The notes beneath the pieces were generated by a model. The model did not search any database. It saw only the letters and a list, made by a program, of their open reading frames with translations, and was not told the DNA's origin. Source: an uncultured Gammaproteobacteria bacterium (lineage in GTDB: Bacteria; Pseudomonadota; Gammaproteobacteria; DRLM01). Taken from it: a DNA stretch of 64,000 nt. The stretch is taken from positions 1,056,001 through 1,120,000 of the forward strand of contig CAVSNY010000007.1 in assembly GCA_963729605.1 (NCBI GenBank), written 5' to 3'. The position numbers and the translations under genes were made by a program. This document shows positions 19,448-32,915 of this stretch, piece after piece (the first letter of the stretch is position 1; each line of letters opens with the position of its first letter).

Positions 19448-21481
19448 TTACATCCCCGTGACGGTGAAGCGGCCGACCAGATTTTGTAATTGTATGGCCA
19501 GGCGCGCCAACTCGTCGCTGGCGCCGGTAGTTTGCTCGGCGCTGGCCGCGGTTTGCTCGGCGACATCGCGGATGCGGGTGATGCTGCGGTTCATGTCTTC
19601 GGTGGTGACGCGTTGCTGCTCGGCCGCGGTGGCGATCTGGATATTCATCCGGTTGATGATGGTGACGGCTTCGGTGATGACGTCGATGGCGCCGGCCGCG
19701 GCGCGGGCCTGTTCCACGCTGGTTTGGGCGTGTTGCCGGCTCTCTTCCATGACCTGGACCGCTTCGCGCGCGCCGCCCTGCAATGTGACGATCATGTCCT
19801 GAATTTCGCGGGTGGATTGTTGGGTGCGGCCGGCCAGGGTGCGCACTTCATCGGCGACCACCGCGAAGCCGCGGCCTTGTTCGCCGGCGCGGGCGGCTTC
19901 GATAGCGGCGTTCAGCGCCAGCAAATTGGTCTGCTCGGCGATGCCTCGAATGACGTCCAGCACCGAACCGATGTTCTGACTGTCGCTGTCGACGCGTTTG
20001 ATGACATCGGCGGCCTTCTCGATTTCGCCGGCCAGAAGGGTGATGCCCTGCGAGGTCAAGCCGACTACGCGTCTGCTGTTTTTCGCCTCTTGATCGGCCT
20101 GCTCGGCGGCGCCGGCCGCGCCGTTGGTGTTGTTGGCCACTTCCTGCACCGTGGCGGTCATTTCATTCATGGCCGTCGCCACCTGATCGGTCTCCAGGCG
20201 CTGGAGATCGACGTTTTCGGCGCTCTCTTTGGAAATGGCGGCCAGTTCTTCCGCGGCGGCCGCCAATTGCGAAGTCGAACCGTTGATTTGTTGAATCAGC
20301 ATTTCGAACTGCGCGTTCATGGCATTGAAGGCGGCGCCGATCTCGCTCAGTTCGTCGCGGCCGTTGAGTTTGACACGGCTGGTGAGATCGCCGTCGGCGA
20401 AACGGCGGGTGGCGTCGCCGATGGTTTTGAGGTTGCCGATGATCGAATAATAGAGGGCGCTGAACAGGTAAGCGACGATCAGCAACACCAAACCGGCGAT
20501 GCTTGCCGTCGTCAGCATTTTTTGGCGGTCGGCGTCGATACGGTCGTTTAAGATTTTGTCGAAGACGAGGGTGGCTCTGCCGTATAGCGCATAGGTTGCG
20601 CCGATGGCGGTGGTCGCGGTATCGAAGACGGCTTTGCTGTCGATGGCGGTTGCTTCGGTCTGCAACAGGCGATCGTTGATCATTTTCTTGAACTGGCTGA
20701 CCGCGTCGTTGCTTTTTTGCACGCTATCGCGCAAGGATGCGGTTACTTCGGCATTTTCAGCGCCGGCGGTTTTTAGATTTCTGTTCAGGTCCTCATTCAG
20801 TTTATTTATCCTGCCCACCAGCGCGGTGAGTGTGATGGCGTCTTCCCGGTCGAGGCTTCCGGCCGCGGCGGCCCCGGCGCTCAGGGCCCGGGCTTGTCCC
20901 ATGTCTTCGGCCAATTGCGGCAAAATATTGGTTAGCGTGTCGCCCAGGTAATAACCGTCGAGCCGGGGATCCAGGGTGATTTCCGAACTGTCGGTGATGT
21001 GATGGGCCAATTCGATAAAGCCGTCAATGAGGTCGGTGTGCGCCTTGAAGCTGTCCTCACGCGCCATGGTCATCGATTCGGATTTGATGCGCCGCCATTG
21101 TTGCTGGAGGGTTTGCAGACGATCCGCGGTCTTCAAGGCGGCGCCTTCCCGCTGGTCGATCCGCTGCAAGGCCGCCAGATGCTTCTCCACCTCGTCGCGT
21201 TTTTGCAGGATGCGATCATGAAAACCCTGGTCGCCATGCAAATAGGAATGGGTCATCCCGCGGTGTTGCTGGATATGTTCAATCGGCGGGCCGAGGGCAT
21301 CGATGTACGCCAATCCGCGCCGCTCGTTTTCCCAGGTATTGATTTTATTTTTCAACTCGCCGACCACGAAGGCGCTCAGGCCGAGCAAACACAGAAAAAC
21401 CAGCAGAAAAATCAATCCGAACTTGAAGGGATAACGCAGGTGTTCCATCAGCCGGATCGCCGGCGCGAGTACTGCGTTCAT
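19448..21481 (-). CDS. Methyl-accepting chemotaxis protein
   Basis: Two TM helices, periplasmic sensor, HAMP, signalling hairpin [34 protein letters not shown]. Confidence 0.96.
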   Translation of the reverse strand: MNAVLAPAIRLMEHLRYPFKFGLIFLLVFLCLLGLSAFVVGELKNKINTWENERRGLAYIDALGPPIEHIQQHRGMTHSYLHGDQGFHDRILQKRDEVEKHLAALQRIDQREGAALKTADRLQTLQQQWRRIKSESMTMAREDSFKAHTDLIDGFIELAHHITDSSEITLDPRLDGYYLGDTLTNILPQLAEDMGQARALSAGAAAAGSLDREDAITLTALVGRINKLNEDLNRNLKTAGAENAEVTASLRDSVQKSNDAVSQFKKMINDRLLQTEATAIDSKAVFDTATTAIGATYALYGRATLVFDKILNDRIDADRQKMLTTASIAGLVLLIVAYLFSALYYSIIGNLKTIGDATRRFADGDLTSRVKLNGRDELSEIGAAFNAMNAQFEMLIQQINGSTSQLAAAAEELAAISKESAENVDLQRLETDQVATAMNEMTATVQEVANNTNGAAGAAEQADQEAKNSRRVVGLTSQGITLLAGEIEKAADVIKRVDSDSQNIGSVLDVIRGIAEQTNLLALNAAIEAARAGEQGRGFAVVADEVRTLAGRTQQSTREIQDMIVTLQGGAREAVQVMEESRQHAQTSVEQARAAAGAIDVITEAVTIINRMNIQIATAAEQQRVTTEDMNRSITRIRDVAEQTAASAEQTTGASDELARLAIQLQNLVGRFTVTGM

Positions 21482-21701
21482 AAGACGTGCTCCTTAAATG
21501 CAGAGGAAGGATGTCCGTAAGTCGAAACGTCACGAGGCAGGTAACGTCCTCTTCGCGGGCTAGCTTTAGCCTAGGCACCTGGTTTTTTATGGAGTAATGG
21601 GGACTTGCGTGACAAGGCCGGCGAAAGCAAGGCCCTGATCGATTCCGACACACTTGAACCTGATTCCATTACCATGAGTCTTTTTCGGCAGCGATGACCT
21701 C

Positions 21702-22931
21702 ATGCGGCAACCGGCCTCTGATTTATTTGATATTTACGCCAAGGCGGTGGCCGCCGTGCACGGCGCGGCCTGCGTGGAACACTGCCTGGCGGCGCGGCCG
21801 TGGCGCGGCGCGGTCCACGTCGTGGCGGTCGGCAAAGCGGCGGCGGCCATGTTGGCGGGTGCGCAGGCCGCCTTGGGACCCTCTTTGCACGCCGCGTTGC
21901 TGATCACCAAACCCGGTCACACGGCGCCGGAAACGGCACGCGATGCGCGGGTGACGGTAATAGAGGCCGGCCATCCGCTGCCGGATCAACGCAGTCTCGC
22001 CGCCGGCGCGGCCTTGTTGAATTTCATCGCCCAGACGCCGCCGGCCACGCCGCTCTTGTTCCTGATCTCCGGCGGCGCCTCGAGTCTGGTCGAGGTGTTG
22101 CCGCCGGGCGTGAGCCTCGCCGATCTGCGGCGGGTCAATCACTGGCTGCTGGGCAGCGGCCTCGCTATCCATGCCATGAACGCGCTGCGCAAACGGCTGT
22201 CCTGTATCAAAGGCGGACGGCTGGTGACGCATTTACAAGGCCGGCCGGTCTTGCAATTGCTGATCTCCGACGTGGCCGGCGACGCGCCGGCGGACATCGG
22301 TTCCGGTTTGTTGGCGCCGCCGGAGAACGCCGAACCGGCGCCGGCGGATCCGCCCGAATGGCTGCGCGAGTTGTTGCATCGCGCACCGCCCCCGCCGCCC
22401 GCGGACGCCGCGTGTTTCAACTCGATTGAGACTCGGATCATCGCCAATCTCGACCAGGCGCTGACGGCGGCGGCGCAGGCGGCGCGGGAACGCGGCTATG
22501 CGGTACACGCGCATGCCGACGGTTTGCGGGGCGACGCGGCGGCGCAAGGGCGGCGGCTCGCCGCTGAATTGCTGCAAGGGCCGGCGGGCGTGCATATCTG
22601 GGGCGGCGAGACCACGGTGGTGTTGCCGCCGCGCCCGGGGCGCGGCGGGCGCAATCAGCATCTCGCCCTCGCGGCGGCGCTGACATTGGCCGGGCATGAT
22701 AAGGTGTGGCTGTTGGCGGCGGGCAGCGACGGCAGCGACGGCGACGGCGAGGACGCGGGGGCTTTGGTCGATGGCGGCACCCTCGCGCGCGGTGAACTGG
22801 CGGGGTTGGATGCGGCCGAGTGTCTGCGGCGCGCCGACGCGGGGACCTTTCTCGAGGCCAGCGGCGATCTGATCAACACCGGCCCGACCGGGACCAATGT
22901 GATGGATCTGGTGATCGGGTTGAAGGAATGA
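21702..22931 (+). CDS. Glycerate 2-kinase (DUF4147/MOFRL, TtuD-like)
   Basis: GKAA, AGHPLPD, ISGGASSL, GGETTV, GRGGRNQ, TGPTGTNVMD. Confidence 0.9.
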   Translation: MRQPASDLFDIYAKAVAAVHGAACVEHCLAARPWRGAVHVVAVGKAAAAMLAGAQAALGPSLHAALLITKPGHTAPETARDARVTVIEAGHPLPDQRSLAAGAALLNFIAQTPPATPLLFLISGGASSLVEVLPPGVSLADLRRVNHWLLGSGLAIHAMNALRKRLSCIKGGRLVTHLQGRPVLQLLISDVAGDAPADIGSGLLAPPENAEPAPADPPEWLRELLHRAPPPPPADAACFNSIETRIIANLDQALTAAAQAARERGYAVHAHADGLRGDAAAQGRRLAAELLQGPAGVHIWGGETTVVLPPRPGRGGRNQHLALAAALTLAGHDKVWLLAAGSDGSDGDGEDAGALVDGGTLARGELAGLDAAECLRRADAGTFLEASGDLINTGPTGTNVMDLVIGLKE

Positions 22932-23091
22932 CGGCCCGATCATTTTAAGCGATGCGGGTTAAGCGATGCGGGCCGCCAAGGCGGCGAGTGCCGGTTCTTC
23001 TCATTTCGAAATAGTTTCTCGGCGAGTTTGGCGTCTTGGCGGTTGACCGCCGGCGGCGCTGTAACGCGGCAAATACCAAATAGAGGTCAAG

Positions 23092-23898
23092 GTGCAAAGT
23101 TTATTTGACGGTGCCGCGGCGTGTATCGCCGAGTGCGACGCGGCGGAGAAGGCGCGCCTGAGCCGTGAAACCGCGGCACGCTGGCGCGCGGGCGAATTGG
23201 ATTTGACACAGGACGCGCCGCCCGCGCCCATCGGCGAGCCGGGGCGGCCGGCGCGACCCGCGCTGGTGGCGCCGCGCGATCTGGCGCGCCGCACACTCAC
23301 GACGCTGGAAGGGCGCGTGGCCTTGATCCACGCCGTCGCCCATATCGAGTTCAACGCCATCAATCTCGCCTGGGACGCGGTGTATCGTTTTCGCGGCATG
23401 CCGCCGCAATTCTACGCGGACTGGACGCGGGTGGCCGACGAAGAGGCGTATCACTACACCCTGCTGCACGGACGTCTGCGGCGGCTCGGTTATGACTACG
23501 GCGACTTCCCCGCCCACGACGGCCTGTGGCTCACGGCGCGCGAGACGGCCCACGACGTGCTGGTGCGCATGGCGCTGGTGCCGCGGGTGCTCGAGGCGCG
23601 CGGGCTGGACGTGACGCCGGGCATCATGGAACGGTTGCGCGGCGCGGGGGACGAAGAGACCGTGGCTTTGCTGGAAATCATTTTGCGCGACGAGATCGGT
23701 CATGTCGAAATCGGTTCGCGCTGGTTCCGCTGGCTTTGTGTACAACGCGGCCTCGCGCCGGAACCGACGTTCCAAACACTGATCGGACAATATTTGAAGG
23801 GCGGGATCAGAGGCCCGTTTCATCGCGCGGCGCGTTTACAGGCCGGTTTCAGCGAAGAGGAATTGAGCGCGCTCGAGCAGCTCGATAAAGCGCCGTGA
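23092..23898 (+). CDS. Ferritin-like DUF455 protein
   Basis: HAVAHIEFNAINLAWD, EEAYH, EARGLDVTP, DEIGHV. Confidence 0.9.
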   Translation: MQSLFDGAAACIAECDAAEKARLSRETAARWRAGELDLTQDAPPAPIGEPGRPARPALVAPRDLARRTLTTLEGRVALIHAVAHIEFNAINLAWDAVYRFRGMPPQFYADWTRVADEEAYHYTLLHGRLRRLGYDYGDFPAHDGLWLTARETAHDVLVRMALVPRVLEARGLDVTPGIMERLRGAGDEETVALLEIILRDEIGHVEIGSRWFRWLCVQRGLAPEPTFQTLIGQYLKGGIRGPFHRAARLQAGFSEEELSALEQLDKAP

Positions 23899-23997
23899 CG
23901 GTGCCGGGAAGCGGTTCGAACTTGAGTCTTTCTTTCGGCGTGGGCCGCGCCGCGATGCAGGACATGGCGGCGGCGCGGCCGCCGATGCGGGAGCCGC

Positions 23998-26406
23998 TCA
24001 CGGCAGTGTGTCGTTGCCCAGGTCCCGTTCCGCCGCCAGCACCTGCGGCAGCATGGTGAGCACGCTGTCGGCGTTGAGTGAAATCGACTCGATGCCGCGG
24101 CTCACCAGCCAGCGGGTGATCTCGGGATAGTCCGAGGGTGCTTGGCCGCAGATGCCGATGTATTTGCCCCGCGCGCGACAGGCCTTGATCGCCATCTCCA
24201 TGAGTTTCAGCACGGCGCCGTTGCGTTCGTCGAAGCCGGTGACGATGCCGGAGTCGCGGTCCACGCCGAGGGTGAGCTGGGTGAGGTCGTTGGAGCCGAT
24301 GGAGAAACCGTCGAACAGCGTTAGGAACTCGTCGGCGAGCAAGGCATTGGCGGGGATCTCGCACATCATGAAAATCTTCAAGCCCTGTTCGCCGCGGCAG
24401 AGGCCGTGTTGCGCCATCAAATCCAAAACCTGCCGCGCCTCGCCCACGCTGCGCACGAAGGGGATCATCAGCGCGACGTTGTCGAGTCCCATCGTTTCAC
24501 GCACCTGTTTCATCGCCGCGCATTCCATGGCGAAGCATTCGGCGAAGCTCGCGGCCGGATAACGCGAGGCGCCGCGGAAGCCGATCATGGGATTCTCTTC
24601 CTTGGGCTCGTACGCCTCGCCGCCGAGCAGCGCCGCGTATTCGTTGGACTTGAAGTCGCTCAAACGCACGATTACCGGCTTGGGGTAAAACGCCGCGGCG
24701 ATGGTGCCGACGCCCTCGGCGAGGCGGTCGATATAAAACGTCCGCGGATCGGGATAACCGGCGATCAGCGGGTCGATCCGTTCGCGCAGCGCGGGCGCGA
24801 GCCGATCGTACTCGAGCAGCGCGCGCGGATGGATGCGGATGCTGTTGTTGATGATGAATTCCAGCCGCGCGAGGCCGACGCCGTCGTTGGGCAGCTGGCA
24901 GACCTCGAAGGCGGTCTGCGGATTGCCGACGTTGATCATGATGTGGGTGTCGGGCCGCGGCAATGCCGACAGGTCCGCCGTTTGCTTGCGAAAGGGCAGT
25001 GTGCCTTGATACACGTAACCGTCGTCGCCCTCGGCGCAGGACACGGTCACCGCGCCGCCCGAGGCGATGCGCTGGGTGGCGTCGCCGCAGCCGACGATGG
25101 CGGGGATGCCGAGTTCGCGCGCGACGATGGCGGCGTGACAGGTGCGGCCGCCGCGATTGGTGACGATGGCCGCGGCGATCTTCATCACCGGTTCCCAGTC
25201 GGGGTCGGTGATGTCGGTGATCAACACCTCGCCGGGCTCGAGTTCCCCCATGTCCTTGGCTTCGAGTATCACGCGCGCGGTGCCGGCGGCGATCTTCTGG
25301 CCCACGCTCTTGCCGGTGGCGAGCAGCGGGCCGCGCTGTTCGAGGCGATAAGTTTCGAGCGCATGAGAGGCCTTGCCGGCGTGCACGGTCTCCGGCCGCG
25401 CCTGCAGGATGAAGAGTTCATTGCTCTCACCGTCCTTCGCCCACTCGATGTCCATGGGCATGGGGCGGCCAGCCTGTTTGGAATAATGTTGCTCGATCGC
25501 CACCGCGTACCGCGCGAGTTGCAGCACCTCGTCGTCAGTGAGCGCGAAACGTTCACGCTCTTCTTTTTTCACCGGGATATTGCGGGTGGAGACGCCGGCC
25601 ATGGCGTCGGCGGCGTAGACGAGTTTGCGTTCCTTGCTGCCGAGCTGGCGTTTGAGGATGGGGCGATGGCCCGAGGCGAGCGTGGTCTTGAACACGTAGA
25701 ATTCGTCGGGGTTGACGCTGCCCTGCACCACGTTTTCGCCGAGGCCGTAGGCGGCGTTGATGAACACCACGTCGCGGAAACCGGTCTCGGTGTCGAGCGT
25801 GAACATCACGCCGGCCGCGCCGAGGTCGGCGCGCACCATCTTCTGCACGCCGATGGAGAGCGCGACGCTCATATGATCGAAGCCCTGATCGACGCGATAC
25901 GAAATCGCGCGGTCGGTGAACAGCGAGGCGAACACGCGTTTGCAGGTCGCCAATAGATTAGCGGTGCCGCGGATGTTGAGATAGGTCTCCTGCTGACCCG
26001 CGAACGACGCGGTGGGCAGATCCTCGGCGGTGGCGGAGGAACGCACGGCCACGTCGGGGCTCGCGTCGTATTCGGCGGCGAGTTCTTTATAACCGGCGCG
26101 GATATCGGCGGCGAGGTCGTCGGGGATGTCGCCGCGCATGATCCACTGGCGGATCTTGGCGCCGGTGACGGCGAGGGCGCGCACGTCGCGGGTGTCGAGA
26201 TCTAGCAGCGCATCGTGGATGCGCTGGTCGAGGTGATTGTGCGCGAGATAATGGCGATAGGCGGCGGCGGTGGTGGCGAAGCCGTTGGGGACCCGCACGC
26301 CCTCGGCGGCGAGGTTGCGGTAGAGTTCGCCCAGCGAGGCGTTCTTGCCGCCGACCACTCCCACATCGCCGACGCCGAGTTCGTTGAAGCGGCGAATGTA
26401 TGACAT
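23998..26406 (-). CDS. ppsA: Phosphoenolpyruvate synthase
   Basis: VGGKNASLGE, AVRSSATAEDLP, GGRTCHAAI phospho-His, FSIGSNDLTQ. Confidence 0.97.
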   Translation of the reverse strand: MSYIRRFNELGVGDVGVVGGKNASLGELYRNLAAEGVRVPNGFATTAAAYRHYLAHNHLDQRIHDALLDLDTRDVRALAVTGAKIRQWIMRGDIPDDLAADIRAGYKELAAEYDASPDVAVRSSATAEDLPTASFAGQQETYLNIRGTANLLATCKRVFASLFTDRAISYRVDQGFDHMSVALSIGVQKMVRADLGAAGVMFTLDTETGFRDVVFINAAYGLGENVVQGSVNPDEFYVFKTTLASGHRPILKRQLGSKERKLVYAADAMAGVSTRNIPVKKEERERFALTDDEVLQLARYAVAIEQHYSKQAGRPMPMDIEWAKDGESNELFILQARPETVHAGKASHALETYRLEQRGPLLATGKSVGQKIAAGTARVILEAKDMGELEPGEVLITDITDPDWEPVMKIAAAIVTNRGGRTCHAAIVARELGIPAIVGCGDATQRIASGGAVTVSCAEGDDGYVYQGTLPFRKQTADLSALPRPDTHIMINVGNPQTAFEVCQLPNDGVGLARLEFIINNSIRIHPRALLEYDRLAPALRERIDPLIAGYPDPRTFYIDRLAEGVGTIAAAFYPKPVIVRLSDFKSNEYAALLGGEAYEPKEENPMIGFRGASRYPAASFAECFAMECAAMKQVRETMGLDNVALMIPFVRSVGEARQVLDLMAQHGLCRGEQGLKIFMMCEIPANALLADEFLTLFDGFSIGSNDLTQLTLGVDRDSGIVTGFDERNGAVLKLMEMAIKACRARGKYIGICGQAPSDYPEITRWLVSRGIESISLNADSVLTMLPQVLAAERDLGNDTLP

Positions 26407-26421
26407 GGTTTTACCTCGCGG

Positions 26422-28074
<1,653 letters not shown>

Positions 28075-28107
28075 TTATTTAACGACTCGGGCGGGGACCG
28101 GCGCGGA

Positions 28108-28134
28108 CTTGAAATCCACGGCGGCCATCCCCAC
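28108..28134 (+). promoter_or_regulatory. sigma32 (RpoH) heat-shock promoter
   Basis: CTTGAAA-14 nt-CCCCAC upstream of htpG. Confidence 0.8.
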
Positions 28135-28196
28135 CTCTTTTGCTCACTTTAGCACTTCAGTATCGCGAATACACCGGTTAAAAAAGGGAGGCAGCC

Positions 28197-30086
28197 ATGA
28201 CTGTAGCCGCGCACAGGGAGACCTTGGATTTTCAGGCCGAGGTCCGGCAGTTGCTCAAACTGATGATCCACTCTCTTTACTCCAACAAAGAGATTTTTCT
28301 GCGGGAGCTGATCTCCAACTCGTCGGACGCCTGCGACAAGCTGCGCTTCGAGGCCCTCGGCGACGAGGCTTTGTATGAAGGCGACAGCGATCTCAAGATA
28401 CGCGTGTCCTTCGACAAAGAGGCGCGTACCGTCACGGTGTCGGACAACGGCATCGGCATGAGCCGCAACGAGGTGATGGAAAACCTCGGCACCATCGCCA
28501 AATCGGGGACGCGGCAATTCCTCGAATCCCTTACCGGCGACAACGCCAAGGACACCCGGCTGATCGGCCAGTTCGGCGTGGGTTTTTATTCGGGTTTCAT
28601 CGTCGCCGACAAGATCACCGTGCTCACCCGCCGCGCCGGCCTGGGCGCGGAGCACGGGGTGCGCTGGGAGTCGGACGGCGAAGGCAGTTACGGTATCGAG
28701 ACCGTGGAAAAGCCGACCCGCGGCACCGAGGTGATTTTGCATTTGCGCGAAGGCGAGGATGAGTTTCTCGACGACTTCCGTTTGCGCGCCATCATCCGCA
28801 AATATTCCGACCACATCGCCTTGCCGGTGGTGATGAAGACTAAAGGCAAGGACGGGGCCGACGGCGAGGATGAAACCGTCAACCACGCCTCGGCGCTGTG
28901 GGCGCGCTCCAAAAAAGAAATCAGCGAGGATGAATACAAGGAATTTTACAAACATGTCGCCCATGATTTCGAAGACCCGCTGGCCTACGTGCATTCCCAG
29001 GTGGAGGGGCGGCAGTCCTACACGACTTTATTTTACGTGCCGCAGCGCGCGTCCTTCGATTTGTGGGACCGCGACAAGCGCCACGGCGTGAAACTCTACG
29101 TGCGGCGGGTGTTCATCATGGACGCCGCCGAGCAATTGCTGCCCAATTATTTGCGTTTCGTGCGCGGCGTGGTGGACTCCGACGATCTGCCGCTCAACGT
29201 CTCCCGCGAAATTCTCCAGCATAACCGCAACGTCGAGGCGATCCGCTCCGGCTCGGTGAAGAAGATACTCGGTCTGCTGGAAGACCTCGCGAAAAACGAG
29301 CCGGAGAAATACCGGACCTTTTGGGGCGAGTTCGGCCGGGTGCTCAAGGAAGGGCCGGGCGAGGATTTCGCCAACCGCGAGCGCATCGCCAAGCTGCTGC
29401 GGTTCGCCTCGACCCATAACGGGGATAATGCCGAAACCGTAGCGCTCGACGACTATATCTCGCGTATGAAAGAAGGCCAGGAGAAGATCTACTACATCAG
29501 CGGCGAGAGTTACGCCGCGGCCAAGAACAGCCCGCATTTGGAGGTGTTCCGCCGCGAAGGCATCGAAGTGTTGTTGTTCTCCGACCGCATCGACGAATGG
29601 TTGATGTCCCACCTCAGCGAGTTCGAGGGCAAGCACTTTCAATCGGTGGCCAAGGGCAGTCTGGATTTGGGCAAGCTCGGCAACGAGTCGGCCGCCGAGG
29701 AGATCAAAAAGGCAGAAACGGAATTTAAAGACGTGCTGGCCCGCGTCAAGGAGGCCTTGGGCGATAAAGTGCAGGAAGTGCGCATCAGCCAGCGCCTCAC
29801 CAACTCGCCGTCGTGCCTGGTGCGCGAGGAGCACGACATGGGCGCCGGTCTGCGCCGTATGTTGAAATCGGCGGGGCACGACGTGCCGGATGTCAAGCCT
29901 ATTTTGGAAATCAACGCCGGCCATCCGCTGGTGGCGCGTCTGCAAAAAGAGCACAACGAACGGCGCTTCGGCGACTGGGCCGGCATCTTGTTCGATCAAG
30001 CGACCTTGGCCGAAGGCGGGCAGGTTGAAGACCCCGCCGCGTTCGTGGCGCGCTTGAACGATTTGCTGTTGCTTCTGCCGGAATAG
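28197..30086 (+). CDS. htpG: Chaperone HtpG (Hsp90)
   Basis: [39 protein letters not shown]. Confidence 0.98.
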   Translation: MTVAAHRETLDFQAEVRQLLKLMIHSLYSNKEIFLRELISNSSDACDKLRFEALGDEALYEGDSDLKIRVSFDKEARTVTVSDNGIGMSRNEVMENLGTIAKSGTRQFLESLTGDNAKDTRLIGQFGVGFYSGFIVADKITVLTRRAGLGAEHGVRWESDGEGSYGIETVEKPTRGTEVILHLREGEDEFLDDFRLRAIIRKYSDHIALPVVMKTKGKDGADGEDETVNHASALWARSKKEISEDEYKEFYKHVAHDFEDPLAYVHSQVEGRQSYTTLFYVPQRASFDLWDRDKRHGVKLYVRRVFIMDAAEQLLPNYLRFVRGVVDSDDLPLNVSREILQHNRNVEAIRSGSVKKILGLLEDLAKNEPEKYRTFWGEFGRVLKEGPGEDFANRERIAKLLRFASTHNGDNAETVALDDYISRMKEGQEKIYYISGESYAAAKNSPHLEVFRREGIEVLLFSDRIDEWLMSHLSEFEGKHFQSVAKGSLDLGKLGNESAAEEIKKAETEFKDVLARVKEALGDKVQEVRISQRLTNSPSCLVREEHDMGAGLRRMLKSAGHDVPDVKPILEINAGHPLVARLQKEHNERRFGDWAGILFDQATLAEGGQVEDPAAFVARLNDLLLLLPE

Positions 30087-30137
30087 TTCGGCACAATCCG
30101 GTTCGGACGGGAATGATAGGGACGTCCAAATAACAGG

Positions 30138-30184
30138 GAAAGGGCGGCGGTATTCTTAAGGGGGTGCCGCCGCTTTTTCATTTT
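30138..30184 (+). terminator. Probable htpG terminator
   Basis: GCGGCGGTA..TGCCGCCGC stem followed by TTTTTCATTTT. Confidence 0.6.
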
Positions 30185-31190
30185 CAAGGCGGATGATTCG
30201 CCCTCGTGGCACACCTGTTTTGTGACCGTTTCGTGAAGGTCATGTTCTCGCCTCCGTGCATCTCGCGGCTGAACCGCGTCTTTCCCGCCGAGTGGTCAAA
30301 TTCATCGAACGCGTCGGCAATCGTTTTCCCGAGCTGAGCACTCGGTTTTTCGGCGCGGCGGCGCCTTCCCCCCGAAGTGGCCGGTCTCACCGCGAGCGCC
30401 GATTGGTGAACAAGAATCTGCCGTCGATTTGCTTATGGCGAATGATTTGCGGTCCCGCCGGTTGATGGTGCCGCCGTTTAGCGGGGAATTCGCGGCCGCC
30501 GGTTTGGCACGTCGGCGGATTCCCCTTGAGGTGGCTGCTTGATTTATCCCTCCCTATAAAAACCGCCAGTCGGGCCGTTGTAATCTGCCATAGACGTTTA
30601 AAATTCCCCGCGGCTTGCCGCAGGGGGCAAGGCGATGGAGGATGCTCTCTTCGGGGATTCATTCCCCATGCGCAGTCAGACCCATTTGGTTTTAAGGACG
30701 CCCTCAATAATTCCATCCTGGAATTCTCAGGGTAAGGAAAGTGAAAAATGCCATTTTCGCTTTCCTTTATTTTCATGTCTAACCGCCATTGAAAATGGCG
30801 GCGCCTCCGTGTGCCGCGGGAATATGTGAATAAATCAGAGATTCTTTTTTAAAGCGGCCGGCCGATGAAGGAATCTAATGGGTGGCAGGTTCGGCCCGCG
30901 TTCAGCGCGTTTTTCCCGGTCTTAACTTCCATTGAGCCGCTTTCAATGAATTCCCGCTCCCGCCGGGCCGGTGGAGGCGTCAGGGCGTGCTTGGCCCCCG
31001 TTCAAGATTTTCCGGGTCCGACCGATTTAATAAGCAAGCGGCAGGAGGCCCGGTTTGGTCCGTTCGCTCGCGGTTGTCGGTACCAATCCATTTATAAAAT
31101 TGGGACGAAGATCACAGTGGCCGGCCGAGTCAAGCTCTAGCATGGGAGCGGCTTGGATAATAAACCGCCTGTCGTGGCTGACAAGTATGG

Positions 31191-31712
31191 GTGATGCAAA
31201 TGCAACGCGGATTCAGTTTAGTAGAACTCATGATCACCATCGCCGTTTCCGCCATCATCATGACCATGGCGGTGCCTTCCTTCAGCAATATGGTGCTGAA
31301 TGGCCGTTTGACATCCAGCAGCGAGGAATTGGTGAAAGGCTTGCAGCTGACCCGCAGCGAGGCGATGCGGCGCGGCATGGTGGCCACCATCTGCGCCAGT
31401 AACGGCGGCACGTCCTGCAACGGCACTTCCTGGAATCAGGGCTGGATCGTGTGGGTGGACGTGAACGGAGATAACGCCGTGGCGGCCGGTGAGATACAGC
31501 GCGTGTTCGGCGCGTTGGCGGCCACCCAACAACTCACCAATGTCGAGAATGTTCTCACTATCAGTTATGCGGCCAATGGTTTCTTGAATGGGGTCGCCCC
31601 CGGTGCTCTGCGCAGTTTTGCCGTGTGTGATGAACGGGTCGGCGAAACGGGCCGCAGCGTGGTGGTGCGGGCCTTCGGTCACATCAGCACTACCTCCACG
31701 GTTTGCGGTTGA
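31191..31712 (+). CDS. fimT: Type IV minor pilin FimT/FimU
   Basis: QRG|FSLVELMI prepilin motif; RSEA..TICAS..WNQGWIV. Confidence 0.88.
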   Translation: MMQMQRGFSLVELMITIAVSAIIMTMAVPSFSNMVLNGRLTSSSEELVKGLQLTRSEAMRRGMVATICASNGGTSCNGTSWNQGWIVWVDVNGDNAVAAGEIQRVFGALAATQQLTNVENVLTISYAANGFLNGVAPGALRSFAVCDERVGETGRSVVVRAFGHISTTSTVCG

Positions 31713-31719
31713 ACAGGCC

Positions 31720-32184
31720 ATGAATAAACCTATATCCCCTTCCCTCCAACCTTGGCGTTTCTCCCGCGGCTCGTCGCTCATGGAGGTGCTGATTACCGTG
31801 CTGGTGATGGCGATCGGTTTGCTGGGGGTGGCGCAGATGCAGATCAGCGGTGTGCGTAATCAAAGCGACGCCTTTCAACGCAGCATCGCCATTCAACAGG
31901 TCACCGACATGGCGGAGCGCATGCGCGCCAATGTTCCTGGCGTCGCCAATTACGTCACCGCCAACGCCGCGGGCACCAACCCCGGTTGCATTACGGCGGG
32001 CTGCACGCCGCAGCAAGTGGCCCAGTTCGATGTCTACACCTGGGTCACCGACAACGGACAATTGTTGCCGAACGCCGTCAGCACGGTGACCGCCGCCGAC
32101 GCCAGCGGCAGATACACGATCACTTTGGCCTGGACGCGCCGCGACGGCAGCAATGATCAAGTTTCCATGACGTGGTCGCCATGA
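31720..32184 (+). CDS. pilV: Type IV minor pilin PilV
   Basis: RG|SSLMEVLI..GLLGVAQMQ..DMAERMRAN. Confidence 0.88.
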   Translation: MNKPISPSLQPWRFSRGSSLMEVLITVLVMAIGLLGVAQMQISGVRNQSDAFQRSIAIQQVTDMAERMRANVPGVANYVTANAAGTNPGCITAGCTPQQVAQFDVYTWVTDNGQLLPNAVSTVTAADASGRYTITLAWTRRDGSNDQVSMTWSP

Positions 32185-32915
32185 ATAATCTGAGAATAAA
32201 CACTTCAGGTAAACACCAGCGCGGTTTGACGCTGATCGAATTGATGATCGGCCTCACCTTGGGTTTATTGATGACCGGTTTAATCATTCAGATTTTTCTG
32301 TCGAACCGGCAGATTCACCGCTTCGGCGAGGCGATGTCGTTGCTGCAGGAGCAAGGCCGCTTCGCGATGAAAGTGATGAGCGATGATGCGCAAATGGCCG
32401 GTTTTCGCGCCGTCATCGTCGGAGCAAACCCCGTGCAGAACTTAACTTCCGCTTTGCCCAACCGCTTGCAGGGCGCTAATAACAGCGGTGTCAATAACAG
32501 CGATTCCTTCACCGTGCGTTATGAAAGCGCCAATCCCCGTGATTGCACCGGCGCGGTGGTGGCCAGCCCGGTAATCAATACCTACAGCGTGGCGACCGTC
32601 GACGGTCAGTCGGTGCTCACCTGTAACGGCATTCAGCTCATGGATGGCGTGGAGGCTATGCAGGTGCTTTATGGCGAGGATACCGACGCCGACGGGGCGG
32701 CCAATCGCTATGTATCGGTCATTCCGGCAAACGTGCTCAATGTGGTGAGCATGCGCATCTCAATACTTATCAGAAGCAGCGAGAGCGTCTCACCGGACAC
32801 CGCCGCCCGCACGTACGCTGTGCTGGATCAGCAGTACGGTCCTTTCAACGACAGCCGCCTGCGGCGGGTTTATACCACCACTGTGCAACTACGCAATACT
32901 GGATTGGCATCATGA
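32181..32915 (+). CDS. pilW: Type IV minor pilin PilW
   Basis: QRG|LTLIELMI, QEQGRFA, GVEAMQVLYGED, TTVQLRN. Confidence 0.9.
   Translation: MNNLRINTSGKHQRGLTLIELMIGLTLGLLMTGLIIQIFLSNRQIHRFGEAMSLLQEQGRFAMKVMSDDAQMAGFRAVIVGANPVQNLTSALPNRLQGANNSGVNNSDSFTVRYESANPRDCTGAVVASPVINTYSVATVDGQSVLTCNGIQLMDGVEAMQVLYGEDTDADGAANRYVSVIPANVLNVVSMRISILIRSSESVSPDTAARTYAVLDQQYGPFNDSRLRRVYTTTVQLRNTGLAS

Noticed and set aside
30205-30520. TGGCAC motifs as sigma54 promoters for the pilin operon
   Set aside because: No correctly spaced TTGC -12 element
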